A DNA stretch of 62,085 nucleotides, counting the filler, from Sanchytrium tribonematis (taxonomy: Eukaryota), in assembly GCA_018985235.1 (NCBI GenBank). It is 8 parts of 8 records of this genome, joined end to end, with 100 filler letters (N's around TTAATTAATTAA, not from the genome) between each part and the next. Parts side by side here need not be neighbours in the genome. Positions count along the whole stretch, not along the records: positions 1 to 26,141 come from JADGIG010000062.1; 7 more parts are not named here. One strand, 5' to 3'. The notes under the pieces were generated by a model. That model had not been told where the DNA came from. It saw only the letters and a list, made by a program, of their open reading frames with translations, and made no database searches. How positions within the stretch are numbered: position 1 is the first letter of the stretch; each line of letters opens with the position of its first letter. A program made the position numbers and the translations under genes. This document shows, piece after piece, positions 1 to 8,894 of this stretch.

Positions 1-50
1 TGCTTCAATTTCTATTGAAACGAATGAGTGATATCGACGTGATATCATAA

Positions 51-776
51 ATGATTGTCAAACTTTTTCCTTTATCGATGAGTCTATACAACGATATACA
101 CAAGGAGATCGCTCAATATTCCTCCAAGATAGCAAAATGTATTGGAGAGGATAAAATTTACACCACATTACAAAATCAAATCTTTTTAAGATTCACATTC
201 AACGAGAGAAAATATACAGACATTTACTTTTACAAAAACGAGTTCTTTGTAGCTCCAATGAAAACTGCCGATCCAAAGTACACTGACAAAAGTGCAAAAT
301 CTAAATTTCCTATTCAACAAATCCGCAATTGGAAAAGCTGTTCACTACATTATTTTGGTTCGGATTATTCAATAAGCTCTTCCTGTGAAGAAACAGAAAA
401 CCTTCTATGTATATTAAAAGAGCTGGACGTCCCTTTAATTGAGGACAATAGCAAGAAATTCAAAACACCACGTTATTGTAAGATCAGGTACAATTTAAAG
501 CAACGATGCTTTGAAATGCTTCTTATTAAACCTTGCAAGTCAATTACTGCTATTAAAGCTGACAAGAGTCACAGTTTATATTGCTTTTTCAAATCTAAAT
601 ATCTTGCAAAGAAATTTAAAGAACTTCAATTTCTGATAACAGTGGGATTGATGTGTTTTGTTTATGTTATTGGAATGAGGCGGATATCAGTTTTTGCTAA
701 GCCAGACAAAAGTGTCATGGTTGACTTTATTTTGTCCATATGGATCACAGCTGCCATTTGTTTAAAATCAAAATAA
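51..776 (+). CDS. Hypothetical protein with two C-terminal hydrophobic segments
   Basis: 241-aa ORF; stop embedded in AATAAA like most genes here; no family recognised. Confidence 0.5.
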   Translation: MIVKLFPLSMSLYNDIHKEIAQYSSKIAKCIGEDKIYTTLQNQIFLRFTFNERKYTDIYFYKNEFFVAPMKTADPKYTDKSAKSKFPIQQIRNWKSCSLHYFGSDYSISSSCEETENLLCILKELDVPLIEDNSKKFKTPRYCKIRYNLKQRCFEMLLIKPCKSITAIKADKSHSLYCFFKSKYLAKKFKELQFLITVGLMCFVYVIGMRRISVFAKPDKSVMVDFILSIWITAAICLKSK

Positions 777-782
777 ATTTTA

Positions 783-2087
783 CTAAAAGTTCCACTCCCT
801 ATCTGGCATCAGTATCGGAGCATAGAGTGTCCACAAATATAAAAGAATCACACACCAGGAAGATACAACTTTTACCCAAACAGATGCCCAACTATTTCCA
901 ATTTCTACAAATTGGCCATCTTGATTTTCATGAGTGATCAAATTATTCCAATTCGTAAGAAGCATGGATAAATACATGCATGCGATTGCAAATACAAAGT
1001 GAAAAAATGCATAACTATATAGACAACCATCTTGCTCATCATCCTGTGGGTACTTTTCAGTGACATTAGATTCCATCCTTTCCCGTTCCCCAATTAAAGG
1101 AACTGCTGCTTCTGTATCAGTAATACTACTTAGTGTAGAGCTTTTAGTAGCAGCTGATGAAGTAGAGTATAATATTGCAATAAATGTAAACAGAGCACCC
1201 AAAATGACAGTTGTATTTTTAGATCCATAAGAATTTGTATATGGATTGCAGGTATTCTTTGGTTCATTGACAATTGCACTGAATATCAGGTAAGTACTAT
1301 AGGCCATGACAATGCTGGCCTGAGTCAATCCAGATCTCGGATTACTTTCTTGAACATTAGGCGCAACACTTGCAAGTGTAATCGCGAGGCATAAAATAAT
1401 ATTAAAGGATATAAAGAATTGATTCAATCCACATTTTTCAGTACCATACCAAACAAACATTAGTACTGTAGCAATTATAGTTCCAATCATCAAAATCAAA
1501 CTAGTAGAGATCAAAACTCCCAAATAAAAATTATTTTGCTCCATATCCCAATGTTCTATCATTCTTTCAGTAAATGAGTGTGCCATATCCGTAAGTAAGA
1601 TTAACTGTATTAAAACAAACAAAAAAGCTCCTATAATAGCGATGTATTTTGAGTAAAAAATAAAAAATCCGTTTGGAATAAAAAATGACCCAACGAGCAA
1701 ACCAATATAAACTAACATCTTCGGACCCCAATATCCTGTCTGTATCGGACTTCTAGGATCTTTACTAGATTTGACGTTTAACATAAAAAGACTCAGAATC
1801 AAATGAAATAGTGTAAGTGCAAATTGAATTCTATGTACAGATAAAACACCATAGCATTCTCCCTGAGGACATTCGATTTTCAAGTAACCATGTGCCATTT
1901 CTTCTAATTTCTTATTCCAAGCATCACTTAGTGATATCCAGGCTAAAATTGCATTTAAAAGGAAAAGTATACCATAACCTGCTCTGGTAGCTACCGAACT
2001 CCCGATATTGCCACATAATCCCATACAGCACCTACATGCCATTCCACTCACACAACAAGCACATTCGCTAAATAGGAAGGTACACAT
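783..2087 (-). CDS. TMS1: Serine incorporator (SERINC/TMS1) membrane protein
   Basis: Cys-rich N-terminus; CYGVLSVHRI, IQTGYWGPK, YSYAFFHFVF, WVKVVSSW, LYLWTLYAP..PDR motifs. Confidence 0.95.
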   Translation of the reverse strand: MCTFLFSECACCVSGMACRCCMGLCGNIGSSVATRAGYGILFLLNAILAWISLSDAWNKKLEEMAHGYLKIECPQGECYGVLSVHRIQFALTLFHLILSLFMLNVKSSKDPRSPIQTGYWGPKMLVYIGLLVGSFFIPNGFFIFYSKYIAIIGAFLFVLIQLILLTDMAHSFTERMIEHWDMEQNNFYLGVLISTSLILMIGTIIATVLMFVWYGTEKCGLNQFFISFNIILCLAITLASVAPNVQESNPRSGLTQASIVMAYSTYLIFSAIVNEPKNTCNPYTNSYGSKNTTVILGALFTFIAILYSTSSAATKSSTLSSITDTEAAVPLIGERERMESNVTEKYPQDDEQDGCLYSYAFFHFVFAIACMYLSMLLTNWNNLITHENQDGQFVEIGNSWASVWVKVVSSWCVILLYLWTLYAPILMPDREWNF

Positions 2088-2113
2088 TTATTGAAACTTG
2101 GGGAATTTTTGGA

Positions 2114-2941
2114 TCAAATAAGTTTAAGAATTTTTTCGTAAAAGAAAAAAACAATCCCACCTGACATGCTTACTCTGCATAGTCTCGGCAACATTCCAGA
2201 CCATAAAGCACCAACTCCTGATTCTTTTACCACCACGTAACCACAATGAAACAAATTTTTGTATCTATGAGCATCAAAGCCTTGCATTCTTGTTTTTACG
2301 ACATCAAAGGGCATTGTTGCAAAAGTGGTTATACTTCCAGCTATAAAACCTAGACCAAATATTACAAATCCATTTTTCATTTCACGTTTATCTGCTTCTT
2401 CTTTCAACATCGCATAAGTAGTGAATCGAATCATTTGATTAGCACCTTGTCTCATTATTACGGGCATCAATCCTCTATACACTCCTTTCAGACCTTCAGC
2501 TTTAATTATCTTTGAAATACCATCTATCATACCGTGAAATTTAGGATTTTCTCGTCTAGAATCATGTATCAATTTCGTTTTGATAGTTTCTGATGGAGTT
2601 ACCGCTATGATTGCTTCTGTCACGCCACTCAAAAGGCCCGATAATAGAAGATTTGGCTTTGATAAATTACCATCCATTGTTAATAAATCTTTGAAATACC
2701 CATACGAGTAAAAACGAACCCCCGCTTTTAATGCAGTTCCTGCTATGTGAATATCTACTCCTTTGTAAATAGACTGTATGCCTTTGGTGGCAATAGTGCG
2801 TTTTAGTATTAAAATTGGTTTTTCTTTTTTTAACTGGGTGTTAGTCTTCACAAATTCTGTGGGATATGTGATAAATGCCTCGATAGCGCCCGCTAATGCA
2901 CCTGCAATAAATTTTCTAGATTTAGATTTTTCTTTGTCCAT
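2114..2941 (-). CDS. CTP1: Mitochondrial carrier, citrate transporter (SLC25A1/CTP1)-like
   Basis: Three PxExxKT carrier repeats (YPTEFVKT, TPSETIKT, MPFDVVKT); KAGVRF, RQGANQMIRF; first ATG at 2941. Confidence 0.85.
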   Translation of the reverse strand: MDKEKSKSRKFIAGALAGAIEAFITYPTEFVKTNTQLKKEKPILILKRTIATKGIQSIYKGVDIHIAGTALKAGVRFYSYGYFKDLLTMDGNLSKPNLLLSGLLSGVTEAIIAVTPSETIKTKLIHDSRRENPKFHGMIDGISKIIKAEGLKGVYRGLMPVIMRQGANQMIRFTTYAMLKEEADKREMKNGFVIFGLGFIAGSITTFATMPFDVVKTRMQGFDAHRYKNLFHCGYVVVKESGVGALWSGMLPRLCRVSMSGGIVFFFYEKILKLI

Positions 2942-2971
2942 TTTGCAGGGGAACAATAAAACGGCACGACA

Positions 2972-3550
2972 ATGGTGACGAAAATCAATTCCTTTATTCC
3001 AAAAATATCACCAGAATTGTGCAGAGAGTCCAATTCTGCAGAGGATTCTTTATCTTGTTATATCAACTCAGGCTTCCTATCTAATTGTCATGGGAGTTGC
3101 CTTTTAGAAAATGGGCCAAATCTTCTAATTGCCAGAGTAATTGTACATCCTGTTGTTAATAAAAGTGAAGAGAGATTCGTTGTAGAATTTAAAGAAAATG
3201 CGCAATTGTCCCATGTTATTAGAAAAGCACTATTTCCATGCATAATTTTTGAACAATTACCTAATACAATTTTACGGGTTCAAGTGGAGGCATTGAGTGG
3301 TGTAGACTCATTCCACTGCATAAATGCGGTTTCTCTGGCTTTAGTAGATGCAAATATTCCACTTTTGGGGATTATATCCGCATATCAGGAAGAAACTGAT
3401 AATGAAAAGTCGTTAATGGTTTGTTGCAATGATCAAATTACACACTTTAAATTAAAGGGCGAACTGAATTTATTTGACCAATGCTTTGAAGGCTGCCAAC
3501 AAGTTAGAAAGCTTATACAAGATCATATTAAAATAAAACTTAATTGTTGA
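2972..3550 (+). CDS. Exosome RNase PH-domain subunit (Mtr3/Rrp41/Rrp46-like), divergent
   Basis: GFLSNCHGSCLLENG and CINAVSLALVDANIP match RNase PH motifs. Confidence 0.75.
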   Translation: MVTKINSFIPKISPELCRESNSAEDSLSCYINSGFLSNCHGSCLLENGPNLLIARVIVHPVVNKSEERFVVEFKENAQLSHVIRKALFPCIIFEQLPNTILRVQVEALSGVDSFHCINAVSLALVDANIPLLGIISAYQEETDNEKSLMVCCNDQITHFKLKGELNLFDQCFEGCQQVRKLIQDHIKIKLNC

Positions 3551-4976
3551 TTGAATCCTGCGTCTGGTCTTTTACCTTGTCTGCAAGATATCTATTGATA
3601 AACCATTCTACAATCATGAGAAGAAGTACCATACTAGTTAATATTGTTAAAGCTGCGAGGTATTCTCCAAAATTTGAAATATTGATTGAAATAATTATTA
3701 TCATTGAGCCAAATGAACATAACACCCTGCAGACTATGAATGGAATACCTTTCAAAGGATCATTGTCTAGAGAGTTTAAAGCAGCTAAGACGGTGAGTGC
3801 AAGACATAACGCATATAATTCTAATTTCATTTCACTAGTAATTTGTCCCTGTAATATATCGTAAGCGGCAGACGTGCCAATGAATAGTAGCAAGTGAAAT
3901 ACAAAATGACAAAACAGCCAGAAGATTTTTGATAGATCAGTGCAATTCATATCCGAAATTTTTGTTGAAAAATAATATATTCGCCAAAAACAAAAAATCA
4001 ATATGGTGTGTAATATTACCATCAGCAACGCTGGATAGCTAAAATCATTTAAAAAGATAGTTATACCAAACCATAATTTACCAAACATAGCTACGGTTAG
4101 TAATCGACATCTATCCTGCAAAAATAAGCATTCTCTTGTGTTACTTTGAGACCCAGAATAAAGAGACCCTAGAAACTCTAACATTACACCAATGCGCCAG
4201 AGCCAGATAATTTCATTGTAGTCATTATCAGTGACAGTCAAATATTTTAAAGTTAATCCCCAAAGAATCAATTCAATCAAAATTGACAAGATCCAGAACG
4301 AATGCTTCAAAATTGCTCTTTTGCCATGCGATAGAAGAGTCACGAGTATTTGGAACAGTAAAATAACTTTGGATAGTAAAATGGTACTCACAAAAGTAAA
4401 ATAAGCATCAAAGTTTGTATTTGCATAAGGCCTAGTGATTCCAATTGTCATAATTGCAAGTACTTGGACTAACTGAAAAAACTTGAAAAGCATATAGTCG
4501 GTATCAAATTGACTCATTAGAATAACTTGTCCATACCAAACTTGCCATATAAACATAAATTTTGCGATTATTCGAAAACCATCTTCAATCGACTCAAAAC
4601 GATTCTCAAGACTCATTTTGTATAAAGCAACTAATATCATAATATCTGATAGTAGTTCAAACCACATCGCATGATGCCAATTTGTCTTCTTTCCTTTCAA
4701 TTTCCACTTAATGGTCCTAGGTTCCTTCACGTGTACCGTAGAATTGCTTTTTGGTCTTTGTTGAAAATAGTTCTGAAATAATTCCTCAAGATCGTCGGAT
4801 GGTGGACTTTCTGGGTGGTGATTGCCTCGTGCAACATTTAGACCAGAAGCATGAGTAAAATCCACAAAACTGAGCGGTCGTTCATAAAGTTCATGAGAGT
4901 TGGTATTGCTGTTTCCCTCAATTTCAGATGACACGGACAAGTTCTCATTGTCTTCAAAATAATAATTATGTTCCAT
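3540..4976 (-). CDS. LtrA (low temperature requirement A)-like multi-pass membrane protein
   Basis: WFELLSD, IWQVWYGQ..SQFDTD, FWRIYY, WLFCHFVFH; many TM segments. Confidence 0.7.
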   Translation of the reverse strand: MEHNYYFEDNENLSVSSEIEGNSNTNSHELYERPLSFVDFTHASGLNVARGNHHPESPPSDDLEELFQNYFQQRPKSNSTVHVKEPRTIKWKLKGKKTNWHHAMWFELLSDIMILVALYKMSLENRFESIEDGFRIIAKFMFIWQVWYGQVILMSQFDTDYMLFKFFQLVQVLAIMTIGITRPYANTNFDAYFTFVSTILLSKVILLFQILVTLLSHGKRAILKHSFWILSILIELILWGLTLKYLTVTDNDYNEIIWLWRIGVMLEFLGSLYSGSQSNTRECLFLQDRCRLLTVAMFGKLWFGITIFLNDFSYPALLMVILHTILIFCFWRIYYFSTKISDMNCTDLSKIFWLFCHFVFHLLLFIGTSAAYDILQGQITSEMKLELYALCLALTVLAALNSLDNDPLKGIPFIVCRVLCSFGSMIIIISINISNFGEYLAALTILTSMVLLLMIVEWFINRYLADKVKDQTQDSINN

Positions 4977-5116
4977 TTTGATTTTCAAGGGGAAGAGTTT
5001 CTCTATATAAAATAGATGAAATAATTTGAATCATTTAAGCATTGTTCAAACTTTTGATCGAATTTCAAATACAGAAATTTTTATTTGCCAGCTTTAATAA
5101 ATGAAATCAAATCTCC

Positions 5117-6283
5117 ATGTTTAAGAAACGTCAGAGAAAAGCAGCTAACACAAAACGTGTCCTAGAAGATAATAATAAGCAGATCATATTAACAAGCTCT
5201 AAGAAAAAGAAAATTGAAGAAGAGGATGACGAAAATATACATGACATATTAGAAATTGATTTTACTGATAAATCAGAAACTGAAGAATTAAAAGATCTTT
5301 ACTTTGAGGATAAAACTTCTCAAATTGAAACCCCAATAACATATAGACCAGTAGTAAATAACTCATCAAATGAATACCAAGATTCAATTGAAGTTGACGA
5401 TTCGGATTTGCACATTTTAAAACGGCAAGGTATTGCTGTGATAGCAGAGGAAACTGAGGAAATTAACTTGAAAAGTATATTCAATGAGGTCAATGAATTA
5501 GAAGCAAAACTGCATACTCAAGTTCAAAGTTTTACGCAGGATTACGAAATTATTGAAAACCGACTGAAAAATTTTCCATCAGCAACATTAACAAAAAATT
5601 TCTCAGAAGAAGAATTTTTAGGCCTTCAAAAAATGTCTCATCTGCTAAATTCTCTGTCTTCGATAGTATTGGATACAGGTGAATTGATCAGCGTTGCAAA
5701 TGCACACTCTAGAAATGTTTTTAAAAGAAAGCTCAATGCCAACATGATGTTATTGAATAGCATACTGAAGCCAATCGAAACGGTTGATTTGGAATTTATG
5801 ATGGATAATACTTCAAATTTAGACGCCAACAAATACTTTCCTCACTATGCTTATTTAAAAAAACTATTTACTGATGCTCCATTAATTGAAACTCCGCCTT
5901 ATATTGAAGTGTGGCAATATTGGTTTACAATAGATTATTGCTATAATGTAATTTTTAATGATTTAAGTGATATTCAAAAACTTTCGAGTATCATAGCAAA
6001 GAAAAACTTTTTAGTTCCTAAAAATTTACAGCTTTCATCATGTTTACTATTTCAAACCGATTGCAAAAAATGTGACTTTTTTGAAGATTATCTCATTGCT
6101 ATCTTAAATTGTGCAACATATAGCACTACGGCTTGTAATATAGACAAAATTCTAGATTTAATATTTGTATTTCCGATGGAATGGTACAAAGAAGAGTACA
6201 CCTTTATTTTAGAGGAGTTGATTCAAAAGTTGCCATCCGGCTTTGATACCTCGTACAAATTAGAGATTTTAAAGTCTAAATAA
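5117..6283 (+). CDS. Hypothetical nuclear protein, possibly divergent GCFC/Ntr2-like
   Basis: Basic N-terminus MFKKRQRK, acidic tract, coiled coil; family is a guess. Confidence 0.5.
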   Translation: MFKKRQRKAANTKRVLEDNNKQIILTSSKKKKIEEEDDENIHDILEIDFTDKSETEELKDLYFEDKTSQIETPITYRPVVNNSSNEYQDSIEVDDSDLHILKRQGIAVIAEETEEINLKSIFNEVNELEAKLHTQVQSFTQDYEIIENRLKNFPSATLTKNFSEEEFLGLQKMSHLLNSLSSIVLDTGELISVANAHSRNVFKRKLNANMMLLNSILKPIETVDLEFMMDNTSNLDANKYFPHYAYLKKLFTDAPLIETPPYIEVWQYWFTIDYCYNVIFNDLSDIQKLSSIIAKKNFLVPKNLQLSSCLLFQTDCKKCDFFEDYLIAILNCATYSTTACNIDKILDLIFVFPMEWYKEEYTFILEELIQKLPSGFDTSYKLEILKSK

Positions 6284-6340
6284 AATGATAAGTTTCATCA
6301 TTTCAGAAATTTTTTTTGAAAAACTTTGTCATTAGGCCAA

Positions 6341-7496
6341 ATGCTCAAAGATTTCTCGATTCCGGCTTCTCCTGTGAAGCAGCTTTCAAATTTACAATAC
6401 ACTCGCAAAATAGATTGTTTAAAAATAATACAAAATTTTTGGGAAAGTCAGGAGTATAAAACGATACAAATAGACAAGATTTTTTCTAGCGTATGGATAA
6501 ACGAACGCGATATTTTGGTCGGCACTAAATGCAATCACTTGCTACTTTTATCAAATGATAAAATTATAAAGATTCCCACCTTATTTCCTGAGCCTGATCC
6601 AAATTATATCAAGCATACAAGAAATTATTGCCAAGGAATTCATTCGCTAGAGGTAAACCCTAGCAAAACGCTGATGGGTGTTAGTGGCGGCAAACCCTAT
6701 GAGATCGTAATTATGAGATTACCTGAATTAGTGCCCATGGCGGTCTGTTTAGGTCATGATGATTTGGTATTTCAACTTGAATTTATTGATGACCATACTT
6801 TGGCTAGTTGTTCAAGAGACATGAAAGTCGGAATATGGGAATTGAGCTCTGCCTATTATTGCGGATTGACAGAGTCTGGACTTCCAATTTTTAAGCCCAA
6901 AACTATGATGGAAGGGCATGCTGCCCGAGTTCGAGACCTTTCAATTGACCATATAAAAAATCAAGTTTTTACTTGTTCCGCTGATCACAGCTGTAAAGTG
7001 TGGGATTTAGAGACTAGCCAAGCAATTTTGTCATTCCAACCAAATTATTGCGAAGAAATGATTTGTTCTTCGATAAGCCAAAATCTGTATTCTGTTGGTA
7101 GTCAAACTCACGTGACTCTTTTTGATAGTAGAATTAAGCAAGCTATTTTGTCTGTGGAAGGAAAAGATGAAGGTTGGGGAATTCGTAGCTTGGACCTTCA
7201 CAATGAGACAATAACGATAGGTGGTGGGAAGGGTCGAATTTCATTTTTTGATATAACCGCAAGCAAATATCTGCCAGTCAAAGACAAACCATACCATGTT
7301 AGTGGAGATGGTTGGTTCGTACTTTTCTTTCACATAGGATTATAGTAACCACGAGTACTTACGGACTATGTATGGAATAAGACTAAGAAACGCAATTTAT
7401 ACCATGTCGTACGATACTGACAGAACCCGATTATTTACTGGCGGCGGACCACTTGCTTTAGGTCTAGTTGGCAGTTATGCGTCATTATGGCACTAA
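6341..7496 (+). CDS. DCAF12: DCAF12/WDR40-like WD40 protein; 2 exons (intron 7319-7337)
   Basis: DKIFSSVW, VGTKCN, GIHSLEVNPSKT; after splicing the frame gives the family C-terminus NAIYTMSYD..RLFTGGGPL..GLVGSYASLWH*. Confidence 0.85.
7319..7337 (+). other. 19-nt spliceosomal intron GTACTTTTCTTTCACATAG
   Basis: Removal joins GDGWF to DYSNHE... and restores the conserved DCAF12 tail. Confidence 0.9.
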
Positions 7497-7561
7497 TCTA
7501 ATTTAAATAGAAATAAAATATCGTTATTCGCTATTTATTTAGAATTTGCATTGTTTTGGGT

Positions 7562-7729
7562 CTAGTGTGAAAGGTATTTTCGTCCCTTTAAAACTCTTCT
7601 GAGCAGAATTTTTTGGCCCATCCTGTCCTTCCATCTAGATAAAAAACCCCAACGCCTTTTTCTTCTGATGGTCGATGGTTGGTATGTTCTCCCATAACTG
7701 GTAAATCTTTTGAATACAATTGACAACAT
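7562..7729 (-). CDS. MRPL34: Mitochondrial ribosomal protein bL34m (55 aa, missed by the ORF track)
   Basis: Hand translation [55 protein letters not shown] fits the L34 signature. Confidence 0.9.
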   Translation of the reverse strand: MLSIVFKRFTSYGRTYQPSTIRRKRRWGFLSRWKDRMGQKILLRRVLKGRKYLSH

Positions 7730-7741
7730 GAGGAGTTTGCA

Positions 7742-8275
7742 ATGGGGAAATCAAAGAAAACTCGATTGATTAGAGTAAAGAAGATGGCAGCGGTGCCTAA
7801 AAAGCCGGCAGAAAAGAAAGAAGAGGTTAATCATGTCCCACAAATTCCAACTTCTATGTTTCTTAGCTATAATTCGGCACTTGTTCCACCATATTCCATT
7901 TTAGTGGACACCAATTTTATCAATATGTCTATAAAAAACAAGTTGGATGTCGTTGAAAATGCCATGACTTGCCTTTACGCTAAAGTTGAAATTTTACTTA
8001 CAGATTGTGTTGCAGCGGAACTGGAAAAACTTGGAGAAAAATACCGGTTAGCGCTAAAAACATCCAAGAGCTTTGAAAGACTTCCATGCTCTCACAAAGG
8101 AACTTATGCAGATGACTGCTTAGTCCAACGAGTTGAAAGGCATCGATGTTATATTATTGCTACTTGTGATAGGGATTTAAAGAAAAGAATTCGTAAGGTT
8201 CCAGGCGTGCCTATTATGTATGTAGGAAATCACCAATACAAGATAGAAAGACTTCCAGACGCATCATTATTTTAA
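7742..8275 (+). CDS. FCF1: rRNA-processing PIN nuclease FCF1/UTP24
   Basis: [43 protein letters not shown]. Confidence 0.97.
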   Translation: MGKSKKTRLIRVKKMAAVPKKPAEKKEEVNHVPQIPTSMFLSYNSALVPPYSILVDTNFINMSIKNKLDVVENAMTCLYAKVEILLTDCVAAELEKLGEKYRLALKTSKSFERLPCSHKGTYADDCLVQRVERHRCYIIATCDRDLKKRIRKVPGVPIMYVGNHQYKIERLPDASLF

Positions 8276-8296
8276 TAAATTTATTGATCAGAATGT

Positions 8297-8713
8297 CTAC
8301 GCATATGAATGATTAGATGCTTTTGTGTAACAAATCTTTTCTCGCAAATATAACAAGCAAAATTGCTTGTTAAGTATGGCGCTTTTAACATATGTTTGAA
8401 CCTGTGAAATTTGCTCATCCAACTCCCCCAAATTAGCATATGGTAAGTTCATATGGGAAACAAAGGCATAAATATTTCTCGCGTTAATTCTAGTGTTATG
8501 AAAATTGCAAGTCTGCGATAGAATGTAAATGTTTGATAGGCAGGCACATGATAGCTCTGTAATAGTGGATTCATAATCGAAGCAACCAAATATGTATTTG
8601 AACAATGATAAATGGATCTTCAATAGCAGGATTGATTGATAAAATTCATTTTTCTTCTTGTTTGTAGAGTATTTAGAAATTAAAGCAATTTTATATATGC
8701 CCCAATAATTCAA
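8297..8713 (-). CDS. Possible hypothetical protein; start unresolved
   Basis: 138-codon open frame filling an otherwise empty interval; no upstream ATG or consensus intron found. Confidence 0.3.
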   Translation of the reverse strand: MNYWGIYKIALISKYSTNKKKNEFYQSILLLKIHLSLFKYIFGCFDYESTITELSCACLSNIYILSQTCNFHNTRINARNIYAFVSHMNLPYANLGELDEQISQVQTYVKSAILNKQFCLLYLREKICYTKASNHSYA

Positions 8714-8894
8714 AAATGTCGTCTGTGTTTGATTGCTCGGACGAGAATATTTGTAACTTATTTGTTATTTTGATCTTGATTCTTACTGCTCATGTTCCGA
8801 AGATCTGAATTTCTTCAGAGGCTGAGGAGTAGACCGAATTTCAATTACTAAATGTCTCACATACTCCTTAAATGAATTCAGATTAAAAAATTTA

